Shown: positions 47,584 to 57,392 of the stretch, piece by piece
Layout: each line of letters starts with the position of its first letter
Numbering within the stretch: the first letter of the stretch is position 1
Assembly: GCA_036012755.1 (NCBI GenBank)
Contig: DASCPX010000027.1
Location: 32,001-96,000 of the forward strand
Direction: 5' to 3'
DNA length: 64,000 bases
Source of the DNA: Myxococcota bacterium
GTDB taxonomy: Bacteria; Myxococcota_A; UBA796; CAJQPC01
Notes under the pieces: generated by a model
Database searches by the model: none
Told to the model about the DNA's origin: nothing
The model's input: the letters and a program-made list of their open reading frames with translations, nothing else
Translations under genes and position numbers: made by a program

Positions 47584-48750
47584 ATGATGCCGGGTTCCCG
47601 CCCAGTTCGAACAGCACTGCTCGGCCTCCCACTGGACGTCGCTGACGGCCTCCGGCGGCTCATCGGCCCCCTGCTCGAGGCGGTGATCGACCGTCGCGAC
47701 GCCCGCGAGGGAATCCCACAGCTGATCGCACTTCAGCCCCAGTGCGTGGTGTTGTGGGTGGACCACGACCCGAACCTCTCCCTCCAGATCGCGCGCCGCA
47801 TCCGGCATGACCTGCCCGACTCGAGCCTGGTCCTGTTGTGCGGCGATGACGACGTCACCGTCACCCGTGAGGCCATGCGCCTGGGCTGTCGGGCACTCGC
47901 GGTGCTGGGCGAGGACGAGCAGGATCTCGCCGGAGTCTTCCAGCAGATGTCCGGCGAGGAGCACCGCACTTCGGACGACGGCATCGTCGTGGCCCTGCTC
48001 GGCGCGAAGGGTGGCATGGGGACGACATCCCTCGCCATCAACCTGGCGGGCATCCTTGCCGAGGACCCCACGCGGCGCGTCGTCCTCATCGACCTTGCCC
48101 TGTTCATCGGTGAGGTGGCGGTCTACCTCGACATGCGCACCCCCTATGCGCTCGGGGAGCTGGTCCGGGATCTGCATCGGATCGACGACACCTGGATCGA
48201 CGCGAACATCCCGCGGCACCGGTCCGGGTTCTTCGTGCTCTCCCAGCCTGAGCAGGTCGATGACGTCGACGCCATGTCGGTCCAGGATGTCGTCCAGTCA
48301 CTGGTGGTCCTCAAGCGCCACTTCACGCACATCATCCTGGACGCCGGCGCCCAGCTCTCCGATGTCGGCCTCAGCGGCGTCCACGCGGCAGACCAGACCC
48401 TGGTGGTCTGCACGCAGGAGCTCCCGTCCCTCGTCTCGACCAGGCGCCGGGTTGGTCTCCTGACCCAGCTGGAGGGCGGCCGGAGCCGCACGCGCATCGT
48501 GGTGAACCGCTGGAACGACCAGTCCCCCTATGGTCGAGGTCAGATCGAGTCCTACATCGGCCACGCCGTCAACGGCACGGTGCGGAACGACTACGCGAAC
48601 TCCAGCGCCTGCATCGAGGCAGGCAAGCTCTTGCCCGAGCTCGCGCCGGAGGCGGAGATCACCATGGACCTCCGGAACCTGATCCCACTCTTCGACGAGT
48701 CGGTCAGCACCGCCGACAAAGTCAGGAAGAAGCTCTTCGGTCTCTTCTGA
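47584..48750 (+). CDS. CpaE/TadZ-like receiver + MinD/ParA ATPase protein
   Basis: Degenerate receiver domain; GAKGGMGTTSLAINLA, VVLIDL, IILDAG, IVVNR, C-terminal KKLFGLF. Confidence 0.85.
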   Translation: MMPGSRPVRTALLGLPLDVADGLRRLIGPLLEAVIDRRDAREGIPQLIALQPQCVVLWVDHDPNLSLQIARRIRHDLPDSSLVLLCGDDDVTVTREAMRLGCRALAVLGEDEQDLAGVFQQMSGEEHRTSDDGIVVALLGAKGGMGTTSLAINLAGILAEDPTRRVVLIDLALFIGEVAVYLDMRTPYALGELVRDLHRIDDTWIDANIPRHRSGFFVLSQPEQVDDVDAMSVQDVVQSLVVLKRHFTHIILDAGAQLSDVGLSGVHAADQTLVVCTQELPSLVSTRRRVGLLTQLEGGRSRTRIVVNRWNDQSPYGRGQIESYIGHAVNGTVRNDYANSSACIEAGKLLPELAPEAEITMDLRNLIPLFDESVSTADKVRKKLFGLF

Positions 48751-49471
48751 GCTGGCGCTCTCGCTCGAACATCAGGACCGCGGCGGTGACCGAGACGTTG
48801 AGGGACTCGAGCCCTCCTTGGAGCGGAACGCTCACGATGTGGTCGCAGCGCTTGCGCAGGGTCTCCGAAACCCCCTTGGACTCGCCCCCAAGGACGAGGG
48901 CGAGCGGCCCGGTGAGATCGACGTCCCAGCAAGGCTGACCGTCCATGTCCGCTCCCACGACGAGCAGGCCCTCCTTGCGGCACCTCTTCTGCGCGGCGGG
49001 GATGCCCTCGCGCACGAGCGCCACCTCCTCTGCAGCACCCATCGCCACTCGCTGGACCACCGGCGTGAGCCCCTTTCCCCGGCGCACCGGCACGACGACC
49101 CCATGCACCCCGGCGCCCAGCGCCGAGCGCAAGATCGCGCCGAGGTTGTGCTCGTAGGAGACCTCGTCTGCCAGCAGGAGGAAGGGGTCCTCCCCGCGCC
49201 CCCGGATCTCGGCGAGCAGGCTGTTCACCGAGTGCCTGGGCAGGGGCTCGGCCTGCGCGACAACCCCGTTGTGTACGTCACCGCGGGCCAAGCGGTCCAG
49301 CTTGCGCCGCGGCACGCGCTCGACGGGGACCCCTTGCTCGCGAGCCAGCTCGAGGATGGTGTCGATCTTGCCGCCAGGCCGCGCGCGCTCGTCGAGGAGG
49401 ATCCTGGCGACACGCCGTCGCCGACGCGCGAGCGCCTCGAAGACCGGGTTCCTACCTTCCAGCTGGTCCAT
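48722..49471 (-). CDS. rlmB: 23S rRNA (Gm2251) 2'-O-methyltransferase, TrmH/SPOUT family
   Basis: EGRNPVFEAL, HNGVVA, HNLGAILRS, VLGGESKG, ESLNVSV. Confidence 0.9.
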   Translation of the reverse strand: MDQLEGRNPVFEALARRRRRVARILLDERARPGGKIDTILELAREQGVPVERVPRRKLDRLARGDVHNGVVAQAEPLPRHSVNSLLAEIRGRGEDPFLLLADEVSYEHNLGAILRSALGAGVHGVVVPVRRGKGLTPVVQRVAMGAAEEVALVREGIPAAQKRCRKEGLLVVGADMDGQPCWDVDLTGPLALVLGGESKGVSETLRKRCDHIVSVPLQGGLESLNVSVTAAVLMFERERQLRRDRRASS

Positions 49472-49486
49472 TGGGCTCCGGGTGTA

Positions 49487-50845
49487 TCAGAGCAGCTCTG
49501 CAGCGCGCTCGGCGAGCTCTGAGCGCTCTCCCTTTCGCAGGGTGATGTGTCCAGCGATGGGCGTCCCCTTGAAGCGCTCGACGACGTAGGTCAGGCCGTT
49601 CGAGGTCGCGTCCACGTAGGGGTTGTCGATCTGGTTGGGGTCTCCGGTCAGGACCACCTTGGTGCCCTCGCCGGCCCGGGTGATGACGGTCTTGACCTCG
49701 TGGGGCGTGAGGTTCTGGGCTTCATCGACGATGAAGTACTGGCGCGGCATGGAGCGCCCGCGGATGTAGGTGAGCGGCTCGATCTCGATGATCCCCTGGT
49801 CCAACAGCGGCTGGTAGCTGGGCACGCGTCCGCCGCGGGAGGCGCCCTCGTCCTGGCTCCCGAGCAAGAGCTCGAGGTTGTCGAAGATGGGCTTCATCCA
49901 GGGGTTCAGCTTCTCGTTGAGATCACCTGGGAGGTAGCCGAGGTCGCGCCCGAGGGGGAAGATGGGGCGGCTCACGACCAGGCGGCGGAAGGTGCGCTCG
50001 TCCGCGGTCTTGCGGAGCCCGCAGGCGATGGCGAGCAGGGTCTTGCCGGTGCCCGCCACGCCGTCGAGGGTGACGAGGTTGACGCTGTCGTCGAGCAGGA
50101 GCTCCAACGCGAAGAGCTGCTCCTTGTTCCGCGCGAAGATGCCCCAGATGCCTTCCTTGTAGCGGCCGACCAGCTTCAGCCGACCGTTGCGTCCGTCGAA
50201 GCGTGCCATCGCGCTCTGGTTCGGCTGGTCCTCGGCGAGGAGGATGACGAACTGGTTGGCGTGGAGGCCCGGGTCGTCCTCCCACGCGATCCAGCCCTTG
50301 TTGTAGAGGGCGTCGATGAGCTCGCCGGGGACCTTGCGCTCGGTGACGCCGCGGTACTGCTCGCCGTCGAAGTCGATGTGGGCGTTCTCGTAGTCCTCTG
50401 CCCGGATTCCGAGGGCGTCCGCCTTGATGCGCATGTTCGTGTCGCGAGTGACGAACACGACCTCGCAGTCGCTCTGGGCGTGGAGGCTCTTGACGGTCGA
50501 GAGGATGGTGTTGTCGTTGCTCCGACGCCCGAAACCGGGAGGCAGGACGCCCTCCTCCGGCGCGAGGCAGATGCGGAGCGTGCCGCCTGCGTCGGTCAGA
50601 TCGATGCCCTCTGACAGCGAACCCTTCGCGCGCAGCGAGTCCAGGTGGCGCGACACGTGGCGCGCGTTCCTCCCGGTCTCCGAGAGCTCCTTCTTGAAGC
50701 CATCGACCTCTTCGATGACCGTGATGGGGATCGCGACGTCGTGCTCCTTGAAGACGAACAGGGAGTTCGGGTCGTACAGCAGGACGTTGGTGTCCAGGAC
50801 GAAGAGACGGCGTTGGCCGTCCGGCTTGGCGAGTGAGTCGACCAC
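49487..50845 (-). CDS. PhoH family protein (PIN + PhoH ATPase, PhoH2-type)
   Basis: FVLDTNVLLYDP, G.AGTGKT, LGYLPG, YIRGRS, DEAQN, TGDP.QID. Confidence 0.93.
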   Translation of the reverse strand: MVDSLAKPDGQRRLFVLDTNVLLYDPNSLFVFKEHDVAIPITVIEEVDGFKKELSETGRNARHVSRHLDSLRAKGSLSEGIDLTDAGGTLRICLAPEEGVLPPGFGRRSNDNTILSTVKSLHAQSDCEVVFVTRDTNMRIKADALGIRAEDYENAHIDFDGEQYRGVTERKVPGELIDALYNKGWIAWEDDPGLHANQFVILLAEDQPNQSAMARFDGRNGRLKLVGRYKEGIWGIFARNKEQLFALELLLDDSVNLVTLDGVAGTGKTLLAIACGLRKTADERTFRRLVVSRPIFPLGRDLGYLPGDLNEKLNPWMKPIFDNLELLLGSQDEGASRGGRVPSYQPLLDQGIIEIEPLTYIRGRSMPRQYFIVDEAQNLTPHEVKTVITRAGEGTKVVLTGDPNQIDNPYVDATSNGLTYVVERFKGTPIAGHITLRKGERSELAERAAELL

Positions 50846-50906
50846 GGGATGGGCCTCTGGGTTCCTCGGGACGAGGAGACCGCCGGGGGACGGCGGTGAG
50901 GGGGGT

Positions 50907-51581
50907 TCAGGGCACGCTCAGCGTGAACTGCTGGGCGGTCCCGGCGGGATCGTCGCTGGCGCGACGGCTGAAGGTGATGGAAGGGGGGGCTAGCTCCAGG
51001 GTACCGGCGACGTTGTTGCCCGCTCCAATGTAGAGCTCCAGCAGACCGCCGCCAGGTTCTCCCGGACGAGCGTTGAAGTTGACGACGTTGTCGCCAGGCA
51101 GGAGGAAGGCGCTGATGTCGAGCATCAGCTGGGCATCACCGGAGACGACGGTCGCCACTGGCTGACCGCCGATGAACACGTCCACTGCCTGTCCGGTGGA
51201 GCCGTTGTCCTGGCTGACCAGCCACCAGCTCTCCGGCGGGATCGCCTGCTGCGGTGGAGCCACGACCGGTGCGATCTCCGGGGTGAGCTCGGCGACCGGC
51301 GCGCTGACGGGCGACTCGGGCTCGACAGGCTCGACAGGCTCGACAGGCTCGACAGGCTCGACAGGCTCGGGGGCCGGTGGCTCAGGCGCTGCCGGCCGGG
51401 ATGCCGCTGGCTCCGTGGAGATGATCTCGATGCTGTAGCGGGGCGCGTCGATGTACACGTCCCCGTTTCCGTCGATCCTGACGTCCACGCTCGACAGCTC
51501 GAAGTTGGTCAGGCCATTGGCCTGGACTCCGTTGATGTAGACGTTGCCGGCAGAAGCCAGCGATGCCGCGAGGAGCAGCAT
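50907..51581 (-). CDS. Hypothetical secreted protein with Pro/Glu-rich linker
   Basis: MLLLAASLASA signal; two beta-rich domains joined by (EPV)n. Confidence 0.7.
   Translation of the reverse strand: MLLLAASLASAGNVYINGVQANGLTNFELSSVDVRIDGNGDVYIDAPRYSIEIISTEPAASRPAAPEPPAPEPVEPVEPVEPVEPVEPESPVSAPVAELTPEIAPVVAPPQQAIPPESWWLVSQDNGSTGQAVDVFIGGQPVATVVSGDAQLMLDISAFLLPGDNVVNFNARPGEPGGGLLELYIGAGNNVAGTLELAPPSITFSRRASDDPAGTAQQFTLSVP
51319..51369. repeat. 9-bp tandem repeat (ggctcgaca x5.7) encoding EPV repeats
   Basis: Exact tandem copies read directly from the sequence. Confidence 0.95.
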
Positions 51582-51587
51582 CAGGGA

Positions 51588-51869
51588 CTACGTCTCACCG
51601 TTGACGCGGAGACGCAGCTCCTTCCCGACCTTGAAGACCGGGAGGATCTTCGGGCGCACCTCGATCGACGCGCTCGTCTTGGGGTTTCGTCCCGTGTAGC
51701 CGCCGTAGTGGCGCGTCTTGAAGGTGCCGAAGCCACGGATCTCGATGCGCTCGCCGTTGCAGAGGGCGTCGCGCATCCCGTCGAAAATCAGATTCACGAC
51801 CTCTTCGGCCGTGCGGCGCGGGAGGCTCCGGGTGGCGGCCACCCTGTCGATCAACTCAGACTTGGTCAT
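51588..51869 (-). CDS. ihfB: Integration host factor beta/HU family protein
   Basis: MTKSELI, RIEIRGFGTF, GRNPKT, FKVGKELR.RVN. Confidence 0.9.
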   Translation of the reverse strand: MTKSELIDRVAATRSLPRRTAEEVVNLIFDGMRDALCNGERIEIRGFGTFKTRHYGGYTGRNPKTSASIEVRPKILPVFKVGKELRLRVNGET

Positions 51870-51919
51870 GTTCCCTTCTGGGCGGCTGGATGTACTTGGA
51901 ATCCTACACCAAATATCAA

Positions 51920-53113
51920 TCAGCCGCTGTCGGCAGCGCCCTCGACGGGGGCCCCGTCCTCTGGCCCGACACTTGGCGCGAGCCAGCGGAAGAGCACCGG
52001 CTTCACCCTCTCCATCACGAGGATGCTCGGTGTGGCGATGAAGATGGTGCTGTAGGTACCGACGAAAACGCCGATGAGGAGCGCCAGCGCGAAGGTCCTG
52101 ATCACGGGCCCGCCCAGGAAGAGCAGCGGGAGGATGGCCAGGCCCGTGGTGATCGAGGTGGCGAGCGTGCGGCCGAGGGTCTCGTTGATCGAGTCGTTGA
52201 TCAACTTCACCGTCTCCGACTTTCGGTAGCGCTTCATGTTCTCGCGCACCCTGTCGTAGATGACGATGGTGTCGTTGAGCGAGTACCCGATGATGGTCAA
52301 CAGCGCGCCGATCATCGACAGGTTCAACTCCTCCCCGATCAAGGTGAAGATGCCGACCGTGATGGCCACGTCGTGGACCAGGGCGAGCACCGCACCCGGC
52401 GCGAAGACCAGGTCGAAGCGGAAGGCGATGTAGAGGAGGATGAAGGCGATGGTGGCGCCCATCGCGAGGAGACCCTGGGTGCGCAGGTCCCCACCGACCT
52501 TGGGACCGACGGCGTCGACCTTGGGCACGGTGAAGGTCTTGCCAACGAACTCGCTGGCGATGCTCTCCTTCACCTGAGAGGACAGGTTCGTGAGCTTCAC
52601 CTGGAAGGTGTTGTCCTCTGCGAAGGTGGTCGCCTCGGCGCCGTCTACGACGCCGGCGAGGGCCGCGTTGAGCGCCGTGAGGTCGACCTCCACACCTGGC
52701 GTGTGTTCGACGATCACTCGGGCCCCGACCTGGGCGTCCATGCGCGATGCCTGGATGAAGTCCCCACCGTAGCGCTCGCCGATGACGTGCTCGACCTCGC
52801 TCTTGAGCTCCTCTGTACCGAAGGTCGCGTCGCGGACGCGGATGCTGTAGGTGTAGTCCTCTTCGGCGTTGATCTGCTGCACCGAGTCGTCGGAGAGGCC
52901 GAGCTTGCCAACGGCCGAGCGAACCTCTGCGATGTCGGTCGGCTCCTCGAAGTCGACGACGATCTCCATTCCGCCGGTGAAGTCGATGCCCCAGTTCGGC
53001 TCCATGAAGATGAATGTGACGACGGAGAGCGAGACGAGCAACAGCGAGAGAGCGCCGAAGATGTAGCGCTTGCCTAGGAAGTCGACGTCGCTCTTGGGCT
53101 TCAGGAAGTTCAT
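51920..53113 (-). CDS. secF: Protein translocase subunit SecF
   Basis: GIDFTGG, VGPKVG, HDV, IGYSLNDTIVIYDRVREN, GTYSTIFIA. Confidence 0.96.
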   Translation of the reverse strand: MNFLKPKSDVDFLGKRYIFGALSLLLVSLSVVTFIFMEPNWGIDFTGGMEIVVDFEEPTDIAEVRSAVGKLGLSDDSVQQINAEEDYTYSIRVRDATFGTEELKSEVEHVIGERYGGDFIQASRMDAQVGARVIVEHTPGVEVDLTALNAALAGVVDGAEATTFAEDNTFQVKLTNLSSQVKESIASEFVGKTFTVPKVDAVGPKVGGDLRTQGLLAMGATIAFILLYIAFRFDLVFAPGAVLALVHDVAITVGIFTLIGEELNLSMIGALLTIIGYSLNDTIVIYDRVRENMKRYRKSETVKLINDSINETLGRTLATSITTGLAILPLLFLGGPVIRTFALALLIGVFVGTYSTIFIATPSILVMERVKPVLFRWLAPSVGPEDGAPVEGAADSG

Positions 53114-53122
53114 CGCGCTTTC

Positions 53123-54883
53123 CTAGAACGCCAGCTTCGCCGTGGACTTCCGGACGACGAAGTCCATGAAGGTCCGAGAGACGAAGATCGCGGTGAAGAG
53201 GGTCGTCAGGATGCCGATGAGCAGCGTGACCGCGAAGCCCTTGATGGGTCCCGTGCCGTAGCTGTAGAGCACCACCCCGGCGATGCCGGTGGTGATGTTG
53301 GCGTCGAGGACGGCGGAGAGCGCGTGCTGGTAGCCGGCGTCGACGGCGGAGCGCGCGTTCTTGCCGACCGCCAGCTCCTCCCGGATGCGCTCGTAGATGA
53401 TGATGTTCGCGTCGACGGCCATACCGACCGTCAGCACGATGCCGGCGATGCCAGGCAGGGTCAGCGTCGCGCCGAAGGCCGCGAGCATGGCCATGACGAA
53501 GAAGACGTTCAGGATGAGCGCCATGTTCGCGACGATGCCGGGCTTTCGGTAGTAGAAGAGCATCGCGAAGATGACCAACAGGCCGCCGATGAGCGTGGCG
53601 TTCCGGCCAGCCTCGATGCTGTCCTGACCCAGCTGCGGTCCGACGAGACGTACATCGCCCATGCTGACCGGGGCTGGCAGAGCCCCCGTCCGCAAGACCA
53701 TGGCCAGCACTCGGGCATCGTCCTGAGCGGAGCCACCGGAGGCCCCCATCGAGATCTGGGCCCTGCCGCCACCGATGCGCTCGTTGATGGTGGGCGCCGA
53801 GCGGACCTTGCGGTCGAGCACGATGGCGAAGCGCTTGCCGACGTTGTCGCCGGTGAGGTCGCCGAAGCGCTGCGCGCCGGCAGGCTTGAACTGCAACAGC
53901 ACGACCGGGCGGTTGAACTGGTCCCAGCCGGTCTGGGCGTCGTTGACGTCGTCGCCTTCCAGCTCGACCCGGTCCAGCAGCACCAAGGGCCGGGAGCGCA
54001 CGAGGTTGCCCTCCTGGTCCTCCTCGTACTCCCAGAGGACTCGGTTGTTCCTTCCGATCCGTCCAGAAACCGACAGCCACTCGTTCAACAGCTCGTCGTC
54101 GAGAAAGTCCTCTTCGGTCATCGCGTCCTGCGCGTCGAGGACGGCGTCCTCCAGAGCGGCCTGCTCGAAGTCTTCGTCGACCATGAAGAACTCGAGCTTC
54201 GCGGTCGTCCCGATGGCCTGCTTGGCCATGTCGAGGTCGGCGACTCCGGGAAGCTGCACGTTGATCCGCCGGTCGCCCTTGCGGACGATGCTCGGCTCCT
54301 TCACGCCGGTCTCGTTCACCCGGTTGCGGAGCGTCTCGAGGGCCTGCTCGAGCGCTTGGTTCTTGATCTCGTCCGCCCGCTCGTCCGTGAGCCGGAAGGT
54401 GTGGGCGCCGGTCTCCTGGGAGACGCTGTACTTGTACTGGGGCAGCCCTCGCGTCGTGCGGAAGCGCGTGGACATCAAGTCCTGGAGGGTGGCCAGGTTC
54501 TCCTCGCTGACCATGACCTCCAGCTCGGGCTCGCCGCGGACGCGCCGAACGTCCTCGATCTCGAGGCCTTCGCGCTCGGCGACGTCCCAGACCGACTGCA
54601 CGTCGCGGCTGACGGTGGCGAGGATGGCCTCGTCGACGTCGACATCGAGGGTCAGGTCGATGCCGCCTTGGAGATCGAGGCCGAGGACCAGGACCGTGTC
54701 GGGCAACAGCGCCCGCCATCCGGTCTCCTCGACCTCCTCGGAGGTCCCCTCGTCGAAGCTCTGCGCCGCGTCGGCGGCGGCTTGGTCCGCGTCCTGCAGG
54801 AAGGTCGGCAGCAGGCTGTAGATCGACCCGAGCAGGGCAAGGATGATCACTCCCATGCGAATCCACCAGGAACCGCCCATCAC
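53123..54883 (-). CDS. secD: Protein translocase subunit SecD
   Basis: LGLDLQGG, RVNETGVKEP, VQLPG, LR.GALP, TLTLPGIAG, GMAVDANIIIYERIREE. Confidence 0.97.
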   Translation of the reverse strand: MMGGSWWIRMGVIILALLGSIYSLLPTFLQDADQAAADAAQSFDEGTSEEVEETGWRALLPDTVLVLGLDLQGGIDLTLDVDVDEAILATVSRDVQSVWDVAEREGLEIEDVRRVRGEPELEVMVSEENLATLQDLMSTRFRTTRGLPQYKYSVSQETGAHTFRLTDERADEIKNQALEQALETLRNRVNETGVKEPSIVRKGDRRINVQLPGVADLDMAKQAIGTTAKLEFFMVDEDFEQAALEDAVLDAQDAMTEEDFLDDELLNEWLSVSGRIGRNNRVLWEYEEDQEGNLVRSRPLVLLDRVELEGDDVNDAQTGWDQFNRPVVLLQFKPAGAQRFGDLTGDNVGKRFAIVLDRKVRSAPTINERIGGGRAQISMGASGGSAQDDARVLAMVLRTGALPAPVSMGDVRLVGPQLGQDSIEAGRNATLIGGLLVIFAMLFYYRKPGIVANMALILNVFFVMAMLAAFGATLTLPGIAGIVLTVGMAVDANIIIYERIREELAVGKNARSAVDAGYQHALSAVLDANITTGIAGVVLYSYGTGPIKGFAVTLLIGILTTLFTAIFVSRTFMDFVVRKSTAKLAF

Positions 54884-55236
54884 TTCCCTCCCTTGCTCGA
54901 AGCCTCGTCCTCGTCCGAGCGGTCCACCGCCTGGATCGACTCCTTCTTGAACCGGATGCGGGTCCTCTCCGAGACCTGCACCACGACCTCCGACTCGCGG
55001 ACCTCGTGGACGACGCCGCAGATGCCGCCCTCGCTGACGACGTCATCCCCCTTCTTCATGGTGGCGAGGAGCTGCTCGTGCTCCTTGCGCGCCTTGGTCT
55101 GTGGGCGGATGACGAGGAGGTAGAAGACGCCGACGATGAGGGCGAGCAGGCCGATGCTGCTGTAGTCGCAGCCCCCGCCAGAGCTGCCTGCTGCCGCTGC
55201 GTCCTGGGCCCAGGCTTGGGTGAACAACCACATCAT
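54880..55236 (-). CDS. yajC: Preprotein translocase subunit YajC
   Basis: FYLLVIRPQ.K..K.H, KKGDDVV..GGICG; position in operon. Confidence 0.93.
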   Translation of the reverse strand: MMWLFTQAWAQDAAAAGSSGGGCDYSSIGLLALIVGVFYLLVIRPQTKARKEHEQLLATMKKGDDVVSEGGICGVVHEVRESEVVVQVSERTRIRFKKESIQAVDRSDEDEASSKGGK

Positions 55237-56345
55237 CCGTCGGTCTCCCGGTACGGGCCGGACCAGCGCTCTGCGTCAGCCCGGAGCGCCACGAGCGCTG
55301 CGGGACCGGCATCGATGGCGTCTCTGATTCGGCGCATCAGTCGCTGGTAGAAGGCCAGGTTGTGAAGAGTGAAGAGCCTCGGCGCCAGCATGTCCTTCGA
55401 CCGATGCAGGTGCCTCAGGTAGGCCCGTGAGAAATGCCGGAGCGTGTAACACGGGTCCACGTCGACGGGGCGCGGATCTTCCTTGAATCGCGCGTGCTTG
55501 ATGGCCATGCGTCCGTGGTCCGTGAAGAGGTAGCCGAAGCGGGCGGTCCGGCTGGGCAGCACGCAGTCGAAGAGGTCCACTCCACTCATCACCGCGTCGA
55601 CGATGTCAACCGGGTAGCCCACACCCATGAGGTACCGGACCCGGTCCGAGGGCAGCTCCGAGGTGGTCACGTCCACCATCTCGAGGAGGCGCTCCCTCGG
55701 CTCGCCGACCGAGAGTCCGCCGATCGCGTAGCCGTCCAGGTCGAGCTCGACGAGCTCTCGAGCGTGATCTCGGCGGAGGTCCTCGTGGAAGCCCCCCTGC
55801 ACGATGCCGAAGAGCGCCGTGCGCTCGGGCTGTTTGCGGGCTGCCAGGCATCGCTTCAGCCACCGGGTGGTCCGTGCCGTCGAGCGCTCGACCCTGCGGC
55901 GCTTTGCCGGGTACTCGATGCACTCGTCCAGCGCCATCGCGACGTCGACGCCGAGGCTCTCCTGGATCTCGACGCACACCTCCGGCGTCATGAAGCGCCA
56001 CTGGCGGTCATAGGAGCTCAGGAACCGGACCCCGTCTTCCTTTGCCTTCGCCTTGTCCTTGAAGCTGAAGGCCTGGAAGCCGCCGCTGTCAGTGAGGATG
56101 GGCCCGTCCCAGCCCATCATGCGGTGCAGGCCGCCCAGGCGAGCCACGCGCTCGTGCCCGGGACGGACCCACAGGTGGAAGGTGTTCGCGAGCACCATCT
56201 CCGCGCCGATCTCGCCGCGCAGCTCGTCAGGGGTGATGCCCCTCACGAACCCGGCGGTGCCTACCGGCATGAAGGCGGGGGTCCGGACCTCACCGTGGGG
56301 GAGGCTCAGCACCCCCCGGCGAGCGCTGGCGGCCACGGCCTCCAC
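55233..56345 (-). CDS. tgt: tRNA-guanine transglycosylase (start uncertain)
   Basis: TPAFMPVGT, ILTDSGGFQ, FGIVQGG, GGLSVGE, YLMGVG, DLFDCV. Confidence 0.92.
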   Translation of the reverse strand: MEAVAASARRGVLSLPHGEVRTPAFMPVGTAGFVRGITPDELRGEIGAEMVLANTFHLWVRPGHERVARLGGLHRMMGWDGPILTDSGGFQAFSFKDKAKAKEDGVRFLSSYDRQWRFMTPEVCVEIQESLGVDVAMALDECIEYPAKRRRVERSTARTTRWLKRCLAARKQPERTALFGIVQGGFHEDLRRDHARELVELDLDGYAIGGLSVGEPRERLLEMVDVTTSELPSDRVRYLMGVGYPVDIVDAVMSGVDLFDCVLPSRTARFGYLFTDHGRMAIKHARFKEDPRPVDVDPCYTLRHFSRAYLRHLHRSKDMLAPRLFTLHNLAFYQRLMRRIRDAIDAGPAALVALRADAERWSGPYRETDG

Positions 56346-57327
56346 GCGGAAGGAGGAGCATCGCGTCGCCGTAGCTGTAGAAGCGGTAGGCATGGCGGAT
56401 GGCCTCGGCATATGCCCGAAGGACGCGCTCCCGGCCCCCGAACGCGCAGACCAGCAACAAGAGGCTGGAGCGCGGGAGGTGGAAGTTGGTCAGCAGCGCA
56501 TCGACGAGGCGGAAGCTGTGTCCGGGTCGAATCAACAGGCGGGTAACGCCGGAGGTCGCCCGGAGCACGCCGTCGACACAGGCGCTCTCCAGGGTGCGCG
56601 TCACGGTGGTTCCGACAGCCACGACACGACCGCGACAGCTGTTGACCTTGTCCGCCGTCTCCTCTGGGACCACGAAGCGCTCGGGATGGAGCTCGCCCCG
56701 CTCGAGGTCCTCTGGGCGCAGGTTCCGGAAGGTGCCGGCTCCGACGTGCAGGGTGACGCGAGCGAGATCGACCTGGCGGTCCGCGAGCTGGGCGAGGACG
56801 TCCTCGCTGAGGTGCAGTCCGGCGGTCGGGGCCGCCACCGCGCCCGGATGCTCGGCGAAGACGGTCTGGTAGCGCTCGCGGTCGGCGGGCTCGGCGGGCC
56901 TGCCCAGATAGGGCGGCAGTGGGACCTCTCCGTGTTCGGCCATGAGCACCTCCGCGGAGGGTTCACAGCGCACCTCGAAGAACTCCTCGTCTCGCCCGAT
57001 CAGCTCGATGACCCCTCGCTCGCCGACGCGGAGGACCTCTCCTCTTCGGAGCTTTCGGGCAGGCCGGCACATCGCCCTGTGCTCGCCGAGCAGGAAGACC
57101 TCGACGCGGCCGCCGGTCGCCCGGCGCGCCAACAACCGCGCGTGGTCGACCCTGGTGTCGTTCACGACGAGGAGATCTCCCGGTCCGAGCAGCGCAGCCA
57201 GGTCGCAAACGGTGCGGTGGCGAAGCCCCTCGTCGAGGACAAGCAGTCGGCCGCCATCGCGTCGCTCGGGCGGATGCGTGGCGACGAGCCCCGGGGGCAG
57301 TTCGTAGTTGGGAAGATCGGTGAGCAC
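56290..57327 (-). CDS. queA: S-adenosylmethionine:tRNA ribosyltransferase-isomerase
   Basis: PLPPYL, RYQTVFA, AAPTAGLH, TLHVGAGTF, TNFHLPRSSL, YRFYSYGDAM. Confidence 0.95.
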   Translation of the reverse strand: MLTDLPNYELPPGLVATHPPERRDGGRLLVLDEGLRHRTVCDLAALLGPGDLLVVNDTRVDHARLLARRATGGRVEVFLLGEHRAMCRPARKLRRGEVLRVGERGVIELIGRDEEFFEVRCEPSAEVLMAEHGEVPLPPYLGRPAEPADRERYQTVFAEHPGAVAAPTAGLHLSEDVLAQLADRQVDLARVTLHVGAGTFRNLRPEDLERGELHPERFVVPEETADKVNSCRGRVVAVGTTVTRTLESACVDGVLRATSGVTRLLIRPGHSFRLVDALLTNFHLPRSSLLLLVCAFGGRERVLRAYAEAIRHAYRFYSYGDAMLLLPRGGRGRQRSPGGAEPPPR

Positions 57328-57350
57328 GAGCCTGCACCAGAGACGACGAA

Positions 57351-57367
57351 GGGCCCCGGCGGGGCCC
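57351..57367 (-). terminator. GC-rich hairpin between csrA-like gene and queA (possible weak terminator or regulatory stem)
   Basis: gggcccc-ggc-ggggccc 7-bp stem; only a short U-tract on the minus strand. Confidence 0.3.
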
Positions 57368-57392
57368 ACTGCTCACTGGTAGCGCGACAGCG

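Noticed and set aside
49487..50845. PIN domain as a toxin-antitoxin toxin
   Set aside because: Standard PIN-PhoH architecture with no adjacent small antitoxin gene.
51319..51369. 9-bp repeat as a phase-variation switch
   Set aside because: The unit is a multiple of 3, so copy changes only alter linker length.
51588..55046. 1152-aa ORF ending in IHF
   Set aside because: Only the last 93 aa are IHF; the rest is an Arg/Gly-rich off-frame read of secDF/yajC, not a fusion.
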